Source of the DNA: Octopus vulgaris
Lineage: Eukaryota
Reading direction: 5' to 3'
Length of the DNA: 64,000 nucleotides
NCBI GenBank assembly: GCA_951406725.2
Contig: OX597825.1
Coordinates: 14,942,001 to 15,006,000, forward strand
Shown here one piece after another: positions 55,911 through 64,000 of the stretch (positions are counted from its first letter, which is position 1; each line of letters opens with the position of its first letter). The translations under genes were made by a program, and so were the position numbers. The notes under the pieces are model-generated. The model was not told the DNA's origin and searched no databases. It saw only the letters and a list, made by a program, of their open reading frames with translations.

Positions 55911-56658
55911 AGTATTGCCAACAATAATTCTATCACATTCTGAAAAGCATATTATTTCACCATATCTCATCAACGATAACATTAGTCCATTACAATGGCC
56001 GAGAGACAATTGGCAAAAAAATAAACATGATAAATCATCTCCCGAAAATATTTCTCTTTTCTCTTAATCTTCCAAGAATATAAACAACACCTAAATCCGC
56101 TTAAATAATAATATTTTTTTTAGATATTTTAGTTTAATTCTGCAATACGTTGCGTGGCGTGCGATTAGTTTCAGCTATAAATGATTATAGGACTTCGACA
56201 AAATAAAATTGGTTCGAATGTTGTTCATCGCCATTTGAATTCTAACCACTTTTAAGGATTTATTGTGCTGATAAAAAAAAAAAGAACTTTATGCGACCTA
56301 GGTGCGATATTGATAGGGAAGTATTTATACAGTTATGTCAATTGAAATAAAGAACTTACTAGTCAAGAGCAGTTTAATTGTTAAAAAAGTCGTTGCATCT
56401 ATATACACAAATAAATAGGTATACAACTGCACACACACATACACACACACACAAACACACACAGAATGTTGTGTAGAGAGGATAAGTATAGTTATTATAT
56501 CATCTAAAATCTTAGAATTAAGTTGGGAAAAGTTCTTGACAGTTTATATAAGGTTGTGTTTATATAAGATTTGAAGTGCGGGTATAGGTTGGTTAGTATG
56601 TTTGAAAACCAATTTGAAGTTGCAGAAATTATAAAAGGAAAGTGGTATGTGTATGCGT

Positions 56659-56666
<8 letters not shown>

Positions 56667-56751
<85 letters not shown>
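56667..56751. repeat. (TG)n microsatellite
   Basis: Seen directly. Confidence 0.97.
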
Positions 56752-56753
<2 letters not shown>

Positions 56754-57055
56754 GACTTATCTTGATTCTATTCAAGGTCTGCAATCAATAGATTTAGAAG
56801 AAGCTATGAGAGGAAACTAATTATTGCAAATAACCTTTGTGCTAGTTTGGAAAAAATGCCTTAATCTTATTCTTAGGACGAGATTCAAATTCAGGGAATG
56901 CATCATTATTCTAGTTCAGATGTCAAATTTTTACAAACTGAGGTTAGATAACGTTGGTTATTGGCCAAGTATTTATAAACATACATTTGTTTGCATATAT
57001 CAACTTACACTAGTATTTTCCCATATATTTGTGCATCAGTATGTATGTTTGTGTG

Positions 57056-57139
<84 letters not shown>

Positions 57140-57147
57140 GAGATATA

Positions 57148-57526
57148 CTTTTATTTCTATTTGTTTCAGTCAATTGGTTGCGGCTATGCTTGACCAACGT
57201 CTTTACTCCAACAAATCGCCCCCAGTACTTATTCTATCTGTCTCTTTTACTGAAATACTAGGTTACGGTGACGTAAACACACTAGCATCGGTTGCTAAGC
57301 AATTGAGGGGAGACGAATATGTATGCAAAAACATATACATACGTACACACACATACACACACACGATGGGCTTCTTTTGATTTCTGTCTACCAAATCAAC
57401 TGAGAGGCCTTTGGTCAGACCGAAGCTATAGTAGAAAACATCCGTACGTCGTGCCTCGCCGTGGGGCTGAACACGGAGCCTTGTGGTTGGGAAGCAAGCT
57501 TCTCATCACACAGCCACGACTGCGCC
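57148..57526 (-). mobile_element. Old, diverged SINE family A
   Basis: ttgtttcagtca..agtacttattctatc..gcatcggttg..tgtctaccaaatc..ttgtggttgggaagcaagcttct..cacagccacgactgcgcc. Confidence 0.85.
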
Positions 57527-57579
57527 TATATATATATATATATATATATATATAAGCACATACATACATATATATATGC

Positions 57580-57643
<64 letters not shown>

Positions 57644-58948
57644 GCATATGTTTGCATGTAGTTACGTACGTATTTATGTATGTATGTATGTATGTATAAA
57701 TGAGTTGAGAAAAATAATTTGAAGTAGACAGTTCCAGCAATTTGAACTACAAAGACGTATAAGTGTACAGGAAGTACATACTTTATCAAAATTATTTCTG
57801 TATCTGGGACGGTTAATCAAATTATATTGCGCCAGTCACTATCAATACTTATGCAACCACAGTCATGAAACTCAAACATATATTGATGGCACAACAAGAA
57901 GGCAATATTTTGTGAAATGTTCGGAATTGGTGTAATTGTTTTCTCGACATCTGGTACTGTATTTAGTAGTGATAAAGAATTCGGAAAAATGTTTCTGGTA
58001 TGGAATACATTTTTGATTCACTTTAAACATGGAGACATTTACTGCCACGTATTTTTGGATATTATTATTTGAGGGGGAAAATGACTGGGAGATAGCAGAA
58101 ATCTTAAAAATCAGAAGTGAATGATGGAAAAAGATATGAAACTGAAGCACAGCCGTGGCTCTAAAACATATATTCTCTGAGGTATATTCTAAAATTGAAA
58201 CTGTTTGGAAATTCTTTCTGCTTAGAGTTATCAGTTACGTTCTGTCAGTATATCCTCAGAAATGAAGACGCTCTGTTAAATAAAAATCCCAGTTCTGCTC
58301 ATCAAAATTTACAGAATATATTCAAAACTAGTGAATTGATATATTCTATTATCTTACTACATTAATGTACCAATGCATGAATAAACTTTCCGTATTTTCT
58401 TGGCTACTGTATAAGAATATGTATAAAATAGATTTCGTTATGGAAATGAATTATGAAATAGGAAGATAGGAAAATCGTAGAAAGAAATGACAGAAAAAGA
58501 ACGGTTCTGGAAGAATATGTTTATACGTTTGTGCGTGTGTATATGTGTATGAAAACGTGTGAGTGTCCTCGCGATTAAGTGACTGGTTGCCGCATGGAAC
58601 ACGTAAAAAACAAAATGTCCGAGTCTAGGGAATGTTTTAACTTTTTCGCAAATTTTAATATTATCGTGTCACTATAAAAATGCAAACTATTTGTCTCAAC
58701 TACATATTTGCGTACGCACATACGTACATACAGACATTCATACATACATACATACATAAATGCATGTATGCATACATACATACATTCATTATTAAATTTC
58801 CAGTAAAGAAACTTTGGAAAGTAACAGCTGTATTGTGAATGAGAAGCTTGGTCTGCAACATCGACGGGCAGGTATTTTTGTATCACGAGGTGGGTTCATT
58901 AGACACCATCTGAGTCACAAGTGTAAACTATATATTTCACTAAGAGCA

Positions 58949-59003
58949 CACTGTGCTCTTAACGGACAGTGGTGGTCTTCTTCGCTCACCATTGACAGCT
59001 ACC

Positions 59004-59045
<42 letters not shown>

Positions 59046-59095
59046 TAGCTGTCAATGGTGAGCGAAGAAGACCACCACTGTCCGTTAAGAGCACA

Positions 59096-59098
<3 letters not shown>
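58949..59098. repeat. Perfect 56-bp inverted repeat centred on (TA)n
   Basis: cactgtgctcttaacggacagtggtggtcttcttcgctcaccattgacagctacca (58949-59004) and exact reverse complement (59043-59098). Confidence 0.97.
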
Positions 59099-59160
<62 letters not shown>

Positions 59161-59162
<2 letters not shown>

Positions 59163-59307
59163 CACCAAGGTCGCTTACAACCTTTGGTCGGCCCAAGGTT
59201 ACAGTGAAAAACACTTGCCCGCGCATCTCTGCACTGGAACTGAACAAAGAATCAATATGTGGTTTGGAGGGAATCAACCTTCTGTCTGCACAGCTACAAC
59301 TGAGCCT
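59161..59307 (-). mobile_element. Degenerate SINE A head
   Basis: ctttggtcggcccaaggtta.agtgaaaaacacttgccc..ggaactgaac..atgtggtt. Confidence 0.65.
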
Positions 59308-59429
59308 CCCTATGAGTGTGTGTGTGTGTGTGTTTTATATACTTATATACCTCTGTACCGGAGTAAGCAGATGAATGTGAAACAAAGTGGAAAAAAGAGT
59401 ACTCAAATACCAGAGGTAGAGTAATATCG

Positions 59430-59713
59430 TTTATCGAAAAGCAGCAGAAATATAACAAAAGCTGTCACTCAGAGTTTCACGTTCCCGTCGTCGGACAGTT
59501 TTGTTAATAACATGAACACCCTCCCTGTACATAACTCCATGTCCCCCTACATGGCCTTGCTTTTTGCTTTTTGAGCAAAAAAATAACTTAACTTAACTTA
59601 ACTTAATAATTACGAAACATCCATTTTATCTATTTTAACAAAACTGTCCGACGGACGAGAACGTGAAACTCTGATTAACAGCATTTGTTATATTTCTGCT
59701 GCTTTTAAATAAA
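59430..59713. repeat. Inverted repeat (~78-bp arms, ~127-bp spacer), each arm with a hammerhead-like motif
   Basis: aaaagcagcagaaatataacaaa.gctgt.a.tcagagtttcacgttc.cgtcgtcggacagttttgttaa and reverse complement at 59635-59713. Confidence 0.9.
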
Positions 59714-60678
59714 GTATATACCCAAGTATATAGATGCAGTGACTGTTTTAGCAATTAAGCTTCTACTTATTAATAAGTTAGTTCTTCATTTCATTTGACA
59801 TAAATGCATTATCTCCCGGTCAACATCACACCCAGCTCACAGACAGATATTTTCTTATTAAAACAATGTATTCTTAAAACCAATTAGAAATCAAATGCAG
59901 AAGAACATCATTCGGGCCAATTGTAAATTAGAACTGATATGATTGTTTTGCAGTCTATTAGATAGTTTTAATGTACGAAAGTAAGCTAATTATAAGACTA
60001 TTAATATAAAAGAGAAAGTAAGACGGAATGAGTGGTGTACAATGGATATTACTTGCATCATACGTCTTAGTTCTTCCCACTCAAAGCGACAGGAACACAA
60101 GTTACTTTATCTTCTCTTTATGTGGCCAAAAAGACATTCCTATAAACTCATGGATAAGTCTGGTAATTATTCACATTTATTTAAATCAGAATAATGCGAC
60201 CAGAAAAATAATTCCCATCCTTTCTTTCAGTTAACCTCTCATTAAACGCTAGAATTGAAACTTTTCTTTGATAGTTATTTAAGTAGTCTTCTGCAGTCTT
60301 ATATTGAATAAGCAATTATATTAGTTTATTAAAGCTCAAAGAAATCTACCGTGTTCAGTCATACGAACGAAGATGGAATAATCGCATTATTAAGAATTTT
60401 GCTTTTCATGTAATATTTTCGTTTTTTTTATTATTATTATTTATGTTATAGTTACTGGTGACGATAGTAACGTCGCTGTGTTATCGTTCATATCGGGGAC
60501 CATGTTAACAATGTTCTCGTACAATAGTGAACAAAAGTAAACAAGGCATGATCATCACACCCTTTAAGCATCACATCTAGGACCTATTTATCCTATATCT
60601 TAAGACTGTTGAATGTGATGTGAGATGAAAAAAGGGGTTTCTACATCCAACTGATCATGAAACACATTAATATTCCCT

Positions 60679-61083
60679 TATTTCTTTATTTCCCACAAGG
60701 AGCTAAGCGTAGAGGGGACAAACAAGGACAGACCAAGGGATTACATCGACTCCAGTGCGTAACTGGTACTCATTTAATCGACCCCGAAAGGACGAAAGGC
60801 AAAGTCGACCTCGGCGGAATTTGAACTCAGAACGTAGCGGCAAACAAAATACCTATTTCTTTACTACCCACAAGGGATTAAACACAGAAGGGACAAACAA
60901 GGACAGACAAACGGATTAAGTCGATTATATCGACCCCAGTGCGTAAATGGTACTTATTTAATCGACCCCGAAACGAAGAAAGGCAAAGTCGACCTTGGTG
61001 GAATTTGAACTCAGAATGTAACGGCAGACGAAATACGGCTACGCATTTCGACCGGCGTGCTAACGTTTCCGCCAGCTCGCCTT
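60679..61083 (-). mobile_element. Dimeric SINE B
   Basis: Two units with plus-strand junction aaaatac|ctatttcttt, the same junction as the 37304 dimer. Confidence 0.92.
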
Positions 61084-61836
61084 AAATATCTCCGTTTGTA
61101 TATTGTGTAAAACTAATATTTTTAATTTTTCACTTGTTCCCTGGTAATATCACTCTATAAACAGAAACTTGCAAGCTTGAATAAATCCTAATTACTCAAT
61201 CCATTTCATTTATAATTCATGTAACATTTCTATTTTCAGTCTTGTAACTTCAACCACTGTAAAATATTCCGCAGCTATATCTAAACCAAATGAATTCCCC
61301 TACTTTCAATGTGTTTTCTTAGTACGTGTATTCAAATAATATGTAGGTGTTACTTTTATATTCAATCGTTTTCTATAAATAAAGGTACAGCTAATGATTT
61401 CCTCACGTAAGCAATTTTACCTACTTCATTATGACTTACGTATGCTTGGAGATTACTGTTTTGCTTCCAAAGTTCTCAGTACCACCATGAATAATTTAGA
61501 GAAAAACATTTATTTTTAGGGTATTTCAAATTAAAATCGGGACTTCAAGAATTTCGACCAGCTATTGAAGAATACGGAGAACACATTGATTATTCGCCTT
61601 ATTTCGCATGTTTCAAGTTCTCTGCATCTATTCTATAGGTATTGCTATTTTCATTAAACTCGTACAAAGCACTGAAGCATTCGCGATGTTGTCATGGGAA
61701 CCATCAAATTAAACTTGTAAGTCACTAATTTTAGAACTGTGCCACGATCTCACAATAAAATGGCAAATCCAGAGCTTAGGAACCCTCAACATTACAAGTG
61801 ATTCGTAAAATTATATATTACATGAAGCAACATGTA

Positions 61837-62001
61837 GGCGCAGGAGTGGCTGTGTGGTAAGTAGATTGCTTACCAACCACATGGTTCCGGGTTCAGTCCC
61901 ACTGCGTGGCATCTTGGGCAAGTGTCTTCTGATATAGCCCCGGGCCGACTAATGCCTTGTGAGTGGATTTGGTAGACGGAAACTGAAAGAAGCCTGTCGT
62001 A

Positions 62002-62077
<76 letters not shown>

Positions 62078-62249
62078 TGTGTCTGTGTTTGTCCCCCTAG
62101 CATTGCTTGACAACCGATGCTGGTGTGTTTACGTCCCCGTCACTTAGTGGTTCGGCAAAAAGAGACCGATAGAATAAGTACTAAAGGCGGTGCTCCAGCA
62201 TGGCCGCAGTCAAATGACTGAAACAAGTAAAAGAGTAAAAGAGTAAAAG
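61837..62249 (+). mobile_element. SINE family A with intact head and small 3' deletion
   Basis: ggcgcaggagtggctgtgtggtaag..ggttccgggttcagtccc..(ta)n(tg)n..gaataagtact|aaaggcggtgctccagc..(gtaaaaga)n tail. Confidence 0.93.
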
Positions 62250-62662
62250 TGTATGTTGAGAATAACCTGACCCAAGATTACTCATTACAATTGTATTAAA
62301 CAAAGAGCTGAATTGTCAACACTGGCAGCCTCTAACGTAGTCAACTCCATTAGATTTTATTTTACCATAATTACACGTAAGGAAAAAATATGTAATTTGC
62401 GGCCCATATTATTCATACATACCAGGACCTTTGTTCCACTAGCTTATTTTCACGAGATAATTTGGTGTGAAAAGAGAACAATCATATTTATTTGATATCG
62501 AAAACATCAAAGTTTATCCGTTTTCCTCTCAAATTCACTTAAAAGTAGATCACTTACATCCGGTTTCAAAGTTACCGAAAATATCTATAACCATCCGGTG
62601 TCTTCATTCATAATCTATGATCGGTTGATGCTGAAGTAATGATAAAAAAGTGATTCAATATA

Positions 62663-62895
62663 TATTTCTTTATTACCCACAAGGGGCTAATCACAGAAGG
62701 GACAAACAGGGTCAGACAAAGAGATTAAGTCGATTACATCGATCCCAGTGCGAAACTGGTACTTTATTTATCGATACCGAAAGGATGAATGGCGAAGTCG
62801 ACCTCGGCGGAATTTGAAATCAGAACGTAACGACAGACGAAATACTGCTAAGCATTTCATCCGGCGAGCTAACGTGTCTGCCACCTCGGCACCTT
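62663..62895 (-). mobile_element. SINE family B with 16-bp TSD
   Basis: TSD aaag(t/c)gatt(c/t)aatata at 62647-62662 and 62896-62911. Confidence 0.92.
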
Positions 62896-64000
62896 AAAGC
62901 GATTTAATATAGTATGTACCAAAAGATGTGGCTTTACTTTCAATTTGCTTCCATTACAGATCCTACAGAAAGGAAGAACGGGCAAAATAATATATAGAAT
63001 AAGTGACCGAAAAAGTTGGTATTGTTAGGGTATCGGAAAAAACTATGCAGAAGTTTCGAGAATTTGATCTACAGTAAGGAAAAGCAAATGATGGTTTGGA
63101 CCTGGTCGCCCCCCTCCCCCAAGGACAGATTTGAACAATTTCTTTCTGGTATTTATGAATTTGGAGACATTTTCAATGTTGTACGTTCAGTCATAAAATA
63201 TCTTTTTCGTCTTGTCACCAAAGCAAACAAATTTACTCAAACCGACAAATGCAAAACATGATATCAAATATTTAAGTACAATATAAAACTTGTCTGAAAC
63301 AAATTCTCGGCAAGATACAATATAACATAAAATGCAATTACGGAAATAAAAAATAAAAACTTTTTTATCAGGCAGGTACCGAGCTATCTGCAGACAGCAG
63401 ACAAACTAAAATATTTCATATTTCATTTAAAACAATATTTGTCAGTTTATTGTCATTTAAATACGAATATAAATGACGTTTCCACAGGTATTACAATTCT
63501 CAGTGTAATTCTTATTGTGCCATAGCAATCTGCCATTCCGCCATATACGCTACATATGAGACGCAAAAATAAACTTCCTGTAAAGAATAACTAACATCAG
63601 TAGATAAAGTGATACGAACAACAATCATCTGATCAAAAGTTTTCCGAACAAATTTTAGAGTCTATGCTATTAAGAGACTTTTATCTATAGATTTATGGTT
63701 TATCTGTCGAAACCGATAGTCGACGCACTATTTGGTTGAGAATATGAAATTACTTCGCCGTTATGTGTTAAATATTTATACCACAATATGGTACTTGGTG
63801 TTAGCTTTGGTGCTTTGTCGCTTATTTTATAAAAATATGTTGGTGTCATTGTATTTGTTTGATTTCCTTTACACGGTGTCATTGAAGTGTTGAATATAAA
63901 GTATGGAACATTGAGAGTACTCATACGGGCATATAAAATACGACGATATATATATATATATATACATATATCTATATATATATACATGTATATATATATG

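Noticed and set aside
61520-61638. Possible exon after ttttag (YFKLKSGLQEFRPAIEEYGEHIDYSPYF..)
   Set aside because: No recognisable homology, a stop before the donor-like site and no partner exons; needs RNA-seq or BLASTX

Overview
AT-rich, repeat-dense, apparently non-coding animal DNA (intergenic or a large intron). The SINE repertoire and microsatellite load suggest a cephalopod, probably Octopus (inference from repeat recognition, not a search). I find no intact host gene, rRNA, true tRNA or CRISPR array; nearly all listed ORFs are microsatellite read-throughs. The window holds about 25 tRNA-headed SINE copies in several modular families (labelled A-E here), several with TSDs, nesting and dimers. 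It also has two mariner remnants of one family, two R4/Dong-like LINE 3' remnants, Penelope-like (PLE) remnants including a GIY-YIG fragment, an RTE-5'UTR-like element, a MITE with internal (CCCTAA)n, and many di-, tri- and tetranucleotide arrays. The most interesting signals are three different minimal hammerhead-ribozyme-like motifs at PLE-type termini, recurring fold-back palindromes in or beside (TA)n tracts, and head/tail swapping among SINEs. All coordinates were read by eye and may be off by a few bases.
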